Source of the DNA: Parachlamydiales bacterium
Lineage (GTDB): Bacteria; Chlamydiota; Chlamydiia; Chlamydiales; Parachlamydiaceae
Direction of reading: 5' to 3'
Assembly: GCA_020051075.1 (NCBI GenBank)
Contig: JAGVJP010000131.1
Location: forward strand, 1 to 39,932
DNA: 39,932 nucleotides
A program made the translations under genes and the position numbers. The notes beneath the pieces are model-generated. The model made no database searches. It had not been told where the DNA came from and saw only the letters and a program-made list of their open reading frames with translations. Of the stretch, positions 6,090 to 15,526 are shown piece after piece. Position 1 is the first letter of the stretch, and each line of letters begins with the position of its first letter.

Positions 6090-7514
6090 ATGAAACCATT
6101 TGTCGGAAGAGATAACGAATTACAAAAGCTCGAGGACCTACTAAAAACAGGTCGAGCACGCCTCGCCATCATAAAGGGGCGTCGTCGCATCGGAAAAAGT
6201 CGGCTTGCCGAAGAATTCGGAAAAGATAAAATATTCCTCCCTTTCAGTGGACTGGCTCCTGCTAAAGGGGTGACAGCACAGGATCAACGTGATGCCTTTG
6301 CCCGCCAATTAACAACTTTATTTCATCTTCCTCCTTTCACTTTTACCGACTGGAGTGATGGTTTTGCACACCTCTCGCAGCATCTTACAGAAATGCCCAC
6401 CGTCATTCTCTTCGATGAGATTTCGTGGATGAGTTCAAAAGATCCAACATTTATCTCTAAACTAAAAGTTTGGTGGGATCTTGTCTTACAGAATCATCCC
6501 TCCGTCATCCTTATTTTATGCGGGTCCATTTCGACTTGGATTGATAAAAACATCATTAACAGCACTGCTTTTTTTGGACGAATTTCTCTCTATCTGGAAT
6601 TAGTAGAGTTATCCATCCCACAATGCAGGGAATTATTAAACCTTCAAGGATTCAAAGGTTCCGACCTTGATTTTTTTAAGATTCTTAGTGTCACTGGTGG
6701 GATTCCTTGGTATCTAGAACAGATTCAAAGCAATTTAAGTGCTGATGAAAATATCAAGCGCCTTTGTTTTGAGAAAAACGGCCTTCTCGTACATGAATTC
6801 AACAGGATTTTCAATGATCTTTTTCACTCAAGAGGAGAGGTTTATAAGAAGATTATTAAATTATTAAGTCAAGGGATGAAAGATCGGGCAACCCTCCAAA
6901 AAGCAATGGATTACTCACCAAGTGGAACATTAAGCCAACACCTTAAGGCTCTTGAAATCTGTGGGTTTGTCAGCAAGCATCCTGATTGGTCCTTAAAAAC
7001 GGGGAAACCAGGAAAACAGGCTCTTTATCGACTTTCTGACAACTACCTTCGCTTTTACATCCATTACATAGAACCCAACCTCCCAAAAATTGAACAAGGA
7101 TCATTCCTAGATGTCCCGCTCTCTAGTTTGCCTGGTTGGGAACCGCTGCTTGGCTTCCAATTAGAAAACCTTTTGTTGAAAAACAGATCTCTCATTTATC
7201 GTGCACTTGGAATTCATGCTCAAGATATCGTCATTGACAATCCCTATTTTCAAAAAGCGACAGACCGTAAGAAGGGATGTCAAATTGACTATCTTATTCA
7301 GATGCATTCACACACTCTTTTTGTCTGTGAAGTTAAAATGCGCCGTCGTGAATTAGGTCTTGAGGTTATCGAGACAATGAAAACAAAAATCGCCTCTCTT
7401 GCTTTGCCCAAAGGATTCGGCATCTCGCCTGTCCTTCTCCATTTAGGACCTATCTCCGATGCCCTCTTAAGCAACCCATATTTCTATCGCATCATCGATA
7501 TTGCCGATTTATAA
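6090..7514 (+). CDS. AAA+ ATPase ('archaeal ATPase' type) with wHTH and C-terminal PD-(D/E)XK-like (DUF234-like) domain
   Basis: FVGRDNEL N-terminus, Walker A GRRRIGKS, Walker B ILFDE, LCGS, TGGIPWYL, YRLSDNYLRFY, QIDYLI...FVCEVK. Confidence 0.85.
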   Translation: MKPFVGRDNELQKLEDLLKTGRARLAIIKGRRRIGKSRLAEEFGKDKIFLPFSGLAPAKGVTAQDQRDAFARQLTTLFHLPPFTFTDWSDGFAHLSQHLTEMPTVILFDEISWMSSKDPTFISKLKVWWDLVLQNHPSVILILCGSISTWIDKNIINSTAFFGRISLYLELVELSIPQCRELLNLQGFKGSDLDFFKILSVTGGIPWYLEQIQSNLSADENIKRLCFEKNGLLVHEFNRIFNDLFHSRGEVYKKIIKLLSQGMKDRATLQKAMDYSPSGTLSQHLKALEICGFVSKHPDWSLKTGKPGKQALYRLSDNYLRFYIHYIEPNLPKIEQGSFLDVPLSSLPGWEPLLGFQLENLLLKNRSLIYRALGIHAQDIVIDNPYFQKATDRKKGCQIDYLIQMHSHTLFVCEVKMRRRELGLEVIETMKTKIASLALPKGFGISPVLLHLGPISDALLSNPYFYRIIDIADL

Positions 7515-7563
7515 TCCTACCAACATCTAGTCGAAATGAAGGTCATGACACATCACTTCATTT

Positions 7564-8244
7564 TTATTTTTTACGGGCAATGATTTCGAAAATATGGGAA
7601 TGGGTCTGACGTCCAGTACCGCTTTGACCATCTTCTTCAAATTCTTTAAAAGATTCCACATCAAAATCTTGAAAAAGACTCAGCACTTCTTCCCGTTTCA
7701 GAAAAGTCATTTCTTTCACCTCTTGCTCGGGAAAACCAAGATAGTTTAGTCCAAAAAAATGCCCTGCAAATCTCCCTCCAGGAATAAGTTTTTGTTTGAC
7801 ATGACTCCAAACTCTTTTAAATTCTGATTGATTGCAAAAAGGTAAAGAGTAAGAAGCATAGATGAAATCAACATCCGGTAGTGCATCCCAAACTGATTCT
7901 TCCTCAAATTTATTCACGACCGAAGTTAACTTCTCGGGTTCTTTGATGTCATTTCGTTTATTTATTATTTGAATGGCTTGGTGTTCACTATCTATAGCCC
8001 ATACTTCCCAGCCCTTATTAAGCAGGAAAACTGCTTCATTGCCTACACCGCACCCTAAGTCAATGGCTTTACCTTGTTTTTTGAAAAGATTAAGTGCTTC
8101 TACAATAATCTCTCGGGGAGGTTGACCCATTTTGTTTTTATAATATCTGTCCCACTTTCCTTGTTTAAGGATTCCCAATCCAAGGAAAAGGATAACTAGT
8201 AAAGTAAAAATTATAGATATTTTCTTCCACTTCGTCATGTTCAT
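7564..8244 (-). CDS. Class I SAM-dependent methyltransferase (TehB-like) with N-terminal hydrophobic segment
   Basis: Motif I AIDLGCGVG, VWAID, LIPGGRFAG. Confidence 0.8.
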   Translation of the reverse strand: MNMTKWKKISIIFTLLVILFLGLGILKQGKWDRYYKNKMGQPPREIIVEALNLFKKQGKAIDLGCGVGNEAVFLLNKGWEVWAIDSEHQAIQIINKRNDIKEPEKLTSVVNKFEEESVWDALPDVDFIYASYSLPFCNQSEFKRVWSHVKQKLIPGGRFAGHFFGLNYLGFPEQEVKEMTFLKREEVLSLFQDFDVESFKEFEEDGQSGTGRQTHSHIFEIIARKK

Positions 8245-8280
8245 TCACTTTTACTCATTAATGTTTCTAACATCATATAG

Positions 8281-8612
8281 GAAGGGACAAGGGACAAAAA
8301 GGGGTAATTGCAGAAGTCGAACTTGAAACAGTCCCAAAAGCTCTCGCCGAAAACCGACGCTTATCATCTCACAGGTGCTTGCCAACATTGTTTGGCGAAA
8401 AAGCGAAAGAAGACTTTCGCACTCCAAACGCTTCGCGTAACACAAATGTGGCTTCGCGAAGCGTTTGGAGTGCGGAAGCCCTCTTCCGCTTTTGCAACAA
8501 ACCATCTTATCAAGTACCTATGAGCAGTTAAGAAATGTTTTAGCGATAGCTCATGGAATTGGTTCTGGCCCGAACTTATGCAATTACCTCTTTTGGTTCC
8601 TTGTCCCTTTCC
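8281..8612. mobile_element. Nested miniature elements: ~230-bp MITE-like element (8339-8572, family A core) inside an AAGGGACAA-type inverted repeat
   Basis: 8339-8572 aligns with 14020-14255. It has imperfect terminal IRs (AGCTCTCGCCGAAAA / TTTTAGCGATAGCT) and a central hairpin at 8398-8493. Outer arms 8282-8319 and 8571-8609 are complementary. Confidence 0.7.
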
Positions 8613-8638
8613 TTTAGGTCCCTTTACCGGTTATCTAG

Positions 8639-9133
8639 TTATGGTTTGACGCCAACATATACATCTAGAACAATGTTTTGGTGATCGGCGGCTCTTTCGT
8701 CATAGATCTCAAAATCAGTTTGATAGCTTCGCTGTCCCCCTAATTCTGTTGGCGTCATTTCCCAAATGGCTTTCCAAGAATTTACAAGCACATCTGGCAG
8801 TGGCGCTGGCTGTGTTGTAAACTTTGCGTATCTTTGCCGAGGAATATTTAATGGGCTGAACCCTTCCGGCAATGGATGATCAAACGCCTTCACCTCCTCG
8901 CCAATGAAATAAGTATAGGCCCCTTTATAATCACTTGCGTAATTTGTATATGCGCAAAATGTGGTTCCAGGGTTTATGCGATGGGGAATTTTTTCAAAAA
9001 GAGCTTGATGAAAGTACTGCTGGACACAGGGGAAAATCTTCCCTTGCATCTTATCAAGCTCCTGAACATAGCTTGTACGGACGCAAATGCCCACAAGCTT
9101 GATTTCCTCTCTTTCTATTCCTATTTGCTGCAT
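8639..9133 (-). CDS. GyrI-like small-molecule-binding (AraC effector-binding) domain protein
   Basis: KLVGICVRTS, YTNYASDYKGAYTYFIG, IPRQRYAKFT, W..IW, DFEIYDER, LDVYVGVK. Confidence 0.85.
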   Translation of the reverse strand: MQQIGIEREEIKLVGICVRTSYVQELDKMQGKIFPCVQQYFHQALFEKIPHRINPGTTFCAYTNYASDYKGAYTYFIGEEVKAFDHPLPEGFSPLNIPRQRYAKFTTQPAPLPDVLVNSWKAIWEMTPTELGGQRSYQTDFEIYDERAADHQNIVLDVYVGVKP

Positions 9134-9227
9134 TGTTAGAGCTCCCGGTTCATTTAGCCATGGGAGTGTATCAGAGTGCAGAGAGTGGAAACAAGTGATA
9201 ATTTTGGAGCTTTCCTATCATCATGCT

Positions 9228-9262
9228 TATCCTGCCGCGAAGCGATCTTGCCTATCCTGTCT
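9228..9262. repeat. Repeat family B, inverted single copy
   Basis: TATCCTGCCGCGAAGCGATCTTGCCTATCCTGT is the reverse complement of the motif at ~5828-5860. Confidence 0.75.
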
Positions 9263-9477
9263 TTTAGTTTTTTTATACTGGGAAGTTGCAAGTTGCCGAT
9301 TTTATTAGCCCTTCAAAAACCCAATTTAATATGATTAAATGATCTACAATCAAAATGCTCTGAAAGATGTCAAAATGCGGGTGTCCAATGACGATGGATA
9401 GGGAATAAATCTTTGTAGTTATTCCTCGATTGGTGATATAACTTTTTCCTTCTTTCAAAATTTCTTCAGAGGAGAAA

Positions 9478-12183
9478 ATGACTCCATCCGATTTTCAAGC
9501 GATATGCGACTCCATTAAAGAGTTAAATCGAGACGAGATCGATAAAAACCTCATCGTTGCTCGCAATTTCTACGGACTCGATCTCAGCGAGATCGAACTG
9601 ATTGCTCGCTGCAACAACCTGACTCGATTGAATCTGGAAGATATTCTTCTCACCGACGAGGATATCGAGAAGTTTCCTGCAAGCTTGCAAGACCTTAATC
9701 TAGACATCTCCCTAAGATCGCAATCTCTTCACGCAAACAACTGCATGCTCAAGACCCCCAATTTTCAACGCTTTGTTCATTTGCAAGAGTTCCGCTTATC
9801 TGCTTTCATTTGCTTTGAGAAGCCTTCCCTTCAAAAATTCCATTTATCCGGACTGCCTGAACTGCGTAAGCTAGAACTCGACGTACCCATCGACGATCTC
9901 GCATTGGAAAACCTCGATCAACTTGAAGAACTTTATCTATCCGAGACCACTCTAACGTACTTCGATGTGAGGAAGTTCTGCAGGCTACAAAAACTCTCTC
10001 TCCATTCCGACAGCTTCCATCACCTCAAATTGAATGGGCTTTCTCAATTGGAAGAACTCTCGCTATGTGGATGTTCTAACCTGCAAGAACTCGATCTGAA
10101 TGGACTCTCGGAACTTCGAAAACTCGATATCAGCTCTTGCAGAAGCCTCGCAGATCTCGACTGCGCAGGCCTCGATAAACTCTCAGAGATAAGGTTCCCC
10201 AACGATCAATTCATTTTTCGCTGCAGAAACATGACCTGCGCCCTTCACCTCTCCGGTGAATGGGTCACCGATGAGGCGATCGACCAACTCCCTTGTTTCA
10301 TCCGTGAATTGAACATCGAAAGTCGAGAGTTGAAAAATCCCAACTTTGGGCGGTTTTCTCGGTTGCAAAAACTCACCCTCGATTGTTGCTACAGCCTTAT
10401 CAGCCTCAATTTGTCAGGACTAGCTGAACTCAAAGAACTGATTCTGGGTAATTACACCACTCCACAACATTTTGACGGCTCCGGCTTGTCGCAGCTTGAA
10501 AAATTGGAGTTTAACAACTGCAGCAAATTCCAAGACCTCCAAATCAACCACCTTTCCAACCTGAAAATCCTAAAACTTCGACAATGTAGTTTTCTTCACG
10601 ATTTTGACTTATCGCCCTTTCCTCTCTTGGAAGAGCTCTGCCTGGAGAGCTGTGACAACCTCGTCGCTCTCCATCTCGCAGCTCTGCCCCATCTGCAGAA
10701 GATCGAACTCCTCCGTAGCAACAACATCAAAACGCTCGACTTCAGTGGACTCTCTGAACTAAAAATCCTTCGCATCGATGCTTGCAACCTGCTGCAAGAC
10801 CCCAATTTCCAAAGTCTTTCTCAATTGGAAGAATTATCCTTATCTCAGTGTGAAAACATCCGACGTCCTTATTGGCAAGGTTTCCCGGAATTGAAAATCC
10901 TCAAGCTCGAAAACTGCTGTAACCTCGAAGATCCTGATTTCCAAGGACTCACCGAATTGCAGGAGCTCAACCTTAGAGGAAGCCCGGTCAAGACAATCAA
11001 TCTTCAAAATCTGAAACACTTGAAAATTCTCGATCTAGTCAGTTGTTCTCTTGAAGAGCTGAATTTATCGGAACAACCAGAATTGGAACAACTTTCTCTC
11101 ATCACTTCCTCCTTCAGTGACTCTCGAAACACTCTCCGACATGTCACTTTAAGAGCTCTCCCCAAACTCAGCTCCCTACAACTATCTTGGGGTAAGGTTC
11201 TTGAAACCCTCAGCTTAGCAGACATTCCAAACATCCACTTTCTTGATCTTTGCTACTTAAAAAATCTCCAATCGTTAAATTTAACTGGACTGATTCACTT
11301 GCGAACACTCAACCTCTCAGGGTGCAAAGAGCTTAGTGAATTTACTTTCGACCAGCTTCCAGAACTTGAAACTCTCGATCTAAATCGATGTGACAACCTT
11401 CGAAGTCCTGTATTTTCTACGCTATCCAGCCTTAAAAATCTCGATCTCAGTGCTTGCCACTCTCTGCAAAACCCTGCCTTTCATCAATTGACCTTTTTGG
11501 AACATTTAAATCTTGAACACTGCTCAGCTATCCAGGAGCTCGATCTACAAAAACTCTCCGTCTTACAGATACTCAACCTCGAAGGCTGCACTGCTCTCTC
11601 CCATCTTCATATTGCAGGATTAGCTGAACTGAAAAAGGTTTGTCTAAAAAAATGCCTCTCTTTGCAAGACCCAGACTTAGAGGGGTTGATCCGACTTGAA
11701 ACTTTGGATCTCACTGAATGCATCCATCTTCGAAATCCAGTGTTTCAAGCGATGCCACAGCTGAAGAGGCTTCGTCTTGAAGGTTGCATCAACCTCCGCA
11801 ACCCCATCTTCCACAAACTGCCTCGATTGAAAAATCTTCACTTTCTCGGCTGTTTGCAGCTGCAAGATCCTCGAATTCACGCCCTCACTGAGTTGGAAAA
11901 AGTTGTTTTCAAGAATTGCATTCATCTGCAGAATCCCGAATTCCACTGGCTTCCTGAGTTAGAAACGATCGTATTCAAAAACTGCCTTAAACTTCAAAAC
12001 CCACAATTCCACGAACTTCTGAAATTAGAATCTCTAGATTTAAGTCACTGCAGCAGTCTTCAAGCCCCCTCGTTTAGAAGTATACCCAACATTGCACATC
12101 TTAACCTCATGGGCACGCCTCTGGAAAGTCAATCAGACAAAATCATACAGCGTTTACGGAGCAATACACATGCAGATCTCTGA
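9478..12183 (+). CDS. Large leucine-rich-repeat protein (Cys-containing ~22-aa repeats), putative effector
   Basis: Many LxxLxLxxCxxLxxPxFxxL repeats across 901 aa. Confidence 0.9.
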   Translation: MTPSDFQAICDSIKELNRDEIDKNLIVARNFYGLDLSEIELIARCNNLTRLNLEDILLTDEDIEKFPASLQDLNLDISLRSQSLHANNCMLKTPNFQRFVHLQEFRLSAFICFEKPSLQKFHLSGLPELRKLELDVPIDDLALENLDQLEELYLSETTLTYFDVRKFCRLQKLSLHSDSFHHLKLNGLSQLEELSLCGCSNLQELDLNGLSELRKLDISSCRSLADLDCAGLDKLSEIRFPNDQFIFRCRNMTCALHLSGEWVTDEAIDQLPCFIRELNIESRELKNPNFGRFSRLQKLTLDCCYSLISLNLSGLAELKELILGNYTTPQHFDGSGLSQLEKLEFNNCSKFQDLQINHLSNLKILKLRQCSFLHDFDLSPFPLLEELCLESCDNLVALHLAALPHLQKIELLRSNNIKTLDFSGLSELKILRIDACNLLQDPNFQSLSQLEELSLSQCENIRRPYWQGFPELKILKLENCCNLEDPDFQGLTELQELNLRGSPVKTINLQNLKHLKILDLVSCSLEELNLSEQPELEQLSLITSSFSDSRNTLRHVTLRALPKLSSLQLSWGKVLETLSLADIPNIHFLDLCYLKNLQSLNLTGLIHLRTLNLSGCKELSEFTFDQLPELETLDLNRCDNLRSPVFSTLSSLKNLDLSACHSLQNPAFHQLTFLEHLNLEHCSAIQELDLQKLSVLQILNLEGCTALSHLHIAGLAELKKVCLKKCLSLQDPDLEGLIRLETLDLTECIHLRNPVFQAMPQLKRLRLEGCINLRNPIFHKLPRLKNLHFLGCLQLQDPRIHALTELEKVVFKNCIHLQNPEFHWLPELETIVFKNCLKLQNPQFHELLKLESLDLSHCSSLQAPSFRSIPNIAHLNLMGTPLESQSDKIIQRLRSNTHADL

Positions 12184-12844
12184 TGAAAGCCTCTCAGAAA
12201 GATGCAAAGACATCAAAGAGTTGGACCAAAAAGAACTCAATGCAATCCTCTCCCAATATCCTCATCTAACCTCAAGGCAGTTACTCGCCCATTGCACAAA
12301 TCTGCTCAAGCTGCAAATCAGCGACAATGCCATCGACGATCAGATGATTGAACAACTTCCAGCTTCTTTGACCTCTCTCGAAATAGAGAGCAACATGCTA
12401 CAAAACCCAAACTTTCAACGCTTTTCAAACCTGCAAACACTCCGACTGCCCAACTGCATCAGCCTAGAAGAGCCGAACTTCAACAGCCTCTCAAACTTGC
12501 ACACACTGTATCTTGGAGGGTGCATCAACCTTGACAATATCACCTTCCACGACCTGCCAGCGTTAAAGAAACTATACCTGAATGGCTGCGTCTCTCTTCA
12601 AAATCTGATCTTCCACAACATGGATCAGCTGCACACACTCGATTGCGATGGCTGTATCACTCTCCACACTGCCGATCTGCAGAATCTATCTGGAATAAAA
12701 ACCGTTGAATGCAATGGCTGTATCAACTTACGAGGCCTTCACCTGCCTAAACTTGCGCAGCTAGAAGTCCTCAGCCTCAACCATTGCATCAATTTACAGA
12801 AACTAGCTCTAGAAAACTCCCCTGAATCACTGCAAACAGGATAA
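12170..12844 (+). CDS. Leucine-rich-repeat protein, short paralog of 9478-12183
   Basis: ATG 12170 with GGAG upstream, overlapping the previous stop. The N-terminus (CKDIKELD...CTNLLKLQI...IEQLPASL...NPNFQRF) parallels the upstream gene. Confidence 0.85.
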   Translation: MQISDESLSERCKDIKELDQKELNAILSQYPHLTSRQLLAHCTNLLKLQISDNAIDDQMIEQLPASLTSLEIESNMLQNPNFQRFSNLQTLRLPNCISLEEPNFNSLSNLHTLYLGGCINLDNITFHDLPALKKLYLNGCVSLQNLIFHNMDQLHTLDCDGCITLHTADLQNLSGIKTVECNGCINLRGLHLPKLAQLEVLSLNHCINLQKLALENSPESLQTG

Positions 12845-12910
12845 ACAAAAAGGACAAAACAGGATAGGCAGGTATACGCATCAGGCTACCTATCCTGTTT
12901 TATCCCTTAT
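12837..12910. repeat. Family B-related hairpin between convergent genes (possible terminator)
   Basis: AAAACAGGATAGGCAG ... CTACCTATCCTGTTTT inverted arms. Confidence 0.6.
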
Positions 12911-12925
12911 GTTCGTTATATCCCT

Positions 12926-13375
12926 CTACAATCCCTTTTGCCACCACCAATGTGTCAAAGGAACATTGTTAGGGGATTCTGGCCAAAAGAAATGCATGTC
13001 TATTTGATCCATGAACTCTACGAGTTCTTCATCATCTATCTTACCCACCGTCGAACCCAACATGGTGTTAAAGGACTCAATATTTGTACGCACCTTGCAT
13101 GCAAGATCCCAGTCGGGATCTTTCCATGAATGGCCCTCGATATCGCGCATTTGCTCATGAACATAATAATAGTCAAAGCGGCCCACAGACTTTCTCAACA
13201 CCTCATGGTAGGGACGGCTCCACTCTTTAGCCTCGTCGAGATGACTTTTGAAATATTCCAAAAAAAGTGTTCCTATGCCATCCATGAAGCGTTCTATGAG
13301 TGCTTCCTTTTCTTCGCCCTCAATCCAGAATTTGTTCTGCTCAAAGAGGTCTAGAAGCTGTTCTTTATAATCCAT
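12926..13375 (-). CDS. Hypothetical acidic protein ending in P..VP.THWWW
   Basis: 149-aa ORF with AAGG upstream and natural composition. No family recognised with confidence. Confidence 0.65.
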   Translation of the reverse strand: MDYKEQLLDLFEQNKFWIEGEEKEALIERFMDGIGTLFLEYFKSHLDEAKEWSRPYHEVLRKSVGRFDYYYVHEQMRDIEGHSWKDPDWDLACKVRTNIESFNTMLGSTVGKIDDEELVEFMDQIDMHFFWPESPNNVPLTHWWWQKGL

Positions 13376-13406
13376 AAGACCTTTTTAACAATATTGATAT
13401 CGAGAA

Positions 13407-13958
13407 TTATTCGTTTACAACCTGTCCACCATTCACAACGCCTGAGAATATCGCAGTCGGAGCGACGCACACGATGCCATCTTCTCTTTCAAATGTAATC
13501 GTCCCTGTGATTTCGGTGGTTCCGTCAAGGAATACGTGCTGCTGCTCATTAGGACGATCACTATTCTTTAAAACAATGATATGATTGGCCGTTGTGTTCA
13601 TTAATCTGATTGCTGGAGTTGCTGCTTGGATATCGCTTAGAAACGAATCTGAAACATTGATTACTCCATAAAGAGTCAAAGGCCCTTTAACAGTTGAGTT
13701 TTCTAAAACACAATGCCCATAGACCGTCAGGGATCCCTCTACAACAGAATCTATTAAAGACAAGGGACCATATACTGTTAAATTCTTGACATGATAGCCA
13801 ATTTTAGAAAAAGGTCCATAATAGGTTGTCGAATCTTGCAATCCTTCCTGATGACTTTCAGACGGAATAAATGCCTGCCAATCATACGCTGATAGTGAAA
13901 CAACCCGACAGATCATTAAAAATGTTATAACGACAATAATGTTTATAGATCTATTCAT
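13407..13958 (-). CDS. Hypothetical exported protein with beta-helix-like L-x-V-Y-G repeats
   Basis: Signal-peptide-like N-terminus; repeats NLTVYGPLSL / SLTVYGHCVL / PLTLYGVINV. Confidence 0.7.
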   Translation of the reverse strand: MNRSINIIVVITFLMICRVVSLSAYDWQAFIPSESHQEGLQDSTTYYGPFSKIGYHVKNLTVYGPLSLIDSVVEGSLTVYGHCVLENSTVKGPLTLYGVINVSDSFLSDIQAATPAIRLMNTTANHIIVLKNSDRPNEQQHVFLDGTTEITGTITFEREDGIVCVAPTAIFSGVVNGGQVVNE

Positions 13959-14019
13959 ACTTCATCCTTAAAAAAACGAATTAAACGGAATTTATATCAT
14001 TGTCGTAAGTAAGTATCAA

Positions 14020-14255
14020 GAACTCTCGCCAAAAACTGACGTTTATCATTTCACAAATGTTTGCCAACGTTATTTGGTGAAAAAGCGAAAGAAGACTTTC
14101 GCACTCCAAACGCTTCGCGTGACACAAATGTGGCTTCGCAAAGCGTTTGGAGTGCGAAAGTCCTCTTTCGCTTTTGCAACGAACCATTTTGCCAAGAACC
14201 TGTGAGCAGTTAAGAGATGTTTTTGGCGATAGCTCATGGAATTTGTGCTTGCCCG
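14020..14255. mobile_element. ~230-bp MITE-like element, second copy of 8339-8572
   Basis: Colinear high similarity to 8339-8572. Central hairpin AAAAGCGAAAGAAGACTTTCGCACTCCAAACGCTTCGCG...CGCAAAGCGTTTGGAGTGCGAAAGTCCTCTTTCGCTTTT. Confidence 0.8.
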
Positions 14256-14260
14256 CCTTA

Positions 14261-15265
14261 TTAATAATAAACAGTACAACCCCGTTGCTCAAGCTCTTGA
14301 AACCAGTCTGGGATCTCCAAGTTCTTATTCAACCTGACATCCAACTTCTCCAAGTTGACAAGATGGCGAATACTAGAAGGCAAAAAGGTTAATTGATTGT
14401 CCCGCAAATCCAAAAAACGAAGCGATGTTAACTTCCCGATGGTTGCGGGAATAGAGGTCATTTTATTGGTTCTTAAGTCAAGATCGGTCAGCTTCTGTAG
14501 ATCACCTATGGTTTCTGGAAGTGCTGTCAAAGCATTATTTTCTAACATCAATTTTCTCAAATTTCTTAAAGAACCAATCGATTGGGGTAGAGACTGGATT
14601 TTATTGTTCATCGCATACACCTCTTTCAACTGTTTCAGTTCCCCAATTGAATCAGGCAAGGAGACAATGTTGTTATTTTGCATACGCAACTCGACAAGAC
14701 CATCTAAGCTGCCAAACCAGTCCGGAAGAGCATCAAAACCATTATGAGTGATGTTTAAATAAGCAAGAGACTTCAAGTTCTTTAATGATTCAGGCAACCT
14801 TGTCAGATGGTTGCTGGCAAGATAGAGAAAGCAGAGATTGAACAAATCGCCTAACTCATCGGGCAACCTGCATAACTCATTGTAATTTAAGTCCAATACT
14901 TGCAGATTCTTCAGATTTCCAATCTCGGCAGGCAGAGAAGAGATGCTGTTTTGACTTGCATTGATCCTTTCTAAATGGGTCATTTGCAAAAGCGGCTTGG
15001 GGAATGTCGTGAGCCGATTTTTATAAATATTGAACCTTTTAAGAGAGGTCAAATGAACGATGTCCGCTGGGACCTCCTCGATTTGATTATCGTCAAACCA
15101 TATCTCTTCAAGCTCGCTTTCAATATAAACCTCTTCAGGAATGGTTGATAATTGCTGACTGCTGAGATTGAGTGTCATGGATGGCTGTCTCAGTGGTTCT
15201 TTAACGGCATAGACCGAGGATGATAGCATTGCTAGGGCAAGACAAATGATGATTATGTGATTCAT
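14261..15265 (-). CDS. Leucine-rich-repeat protein (23-aa LP..IG.L..L..L.L..N type) with Sec signal peptide
   Basis: Regular 23-aa LRRs; N-terminal MNHIIIICLALAMLSSSVYA. Confidence 0.9.
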   Translation of the reverse strand: MNHIIIICLALAMLSSSVYAVKEPLRQPSMTLNLSSQQLSTIPEEVYIESELEEIWFDDNQIEEVPADIVHLTSLKRFNIYKNRLTTFPKPLLQMTHLERINASQNSISSLPAEIGNLKNLQVLDLNYNELCRLPDELGDLFNLCFLYLASNHLTRLPESLKNLKSLAYLNITHNGFDALPDWFGSLDGLVELRMQNNNIVSLPDSIGELKQLKEVYAMNNKIQSLPQSIGSLRNLRKLMLENNALTALPETIGDLQKLTDLDLRTNKMTSIPATIGKLTSLRFLDLRDNQLTFLPSSIRHLVNLEKLDVRLNKNLEIPDWFQELEQRGCTVYY

Positions 15266-15526
15266 AGCTGAGAAAGTTTTTGAAACATCATAGCATAAAA
15301 ATCATTACAGAAAAGAAGTAAAAATCCAAAGCGAGTTAGCAACTGATGCGTATGGGATGGGAAGGATAGGACAGGATGATAGTGTAGTGTAAATTTTCTT
15401 CCTTGCGTCTTCTTTGTTTCTTTGCGTTAAAAAAGGGGGGAAGCAGGAGAGCACGAACTTTGGAGCTTGCAATTTGGGAATTTAATCGTTTATCTTATCA
15501 GAGATTTTTTTCAGAGGCGCGCCGAA

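Noticed and set aside
8251..8523. Short ORFs over the family A/B/C repeats (8251-8505, 8308-8523, 13981-14292, 14070-14279, 20133-20321, 20302-20532, 32483-32725, 32491-32697)
   Set aside because: They are translations of palindromic repeats. The same peptides recur at each copy and show no protein family features.
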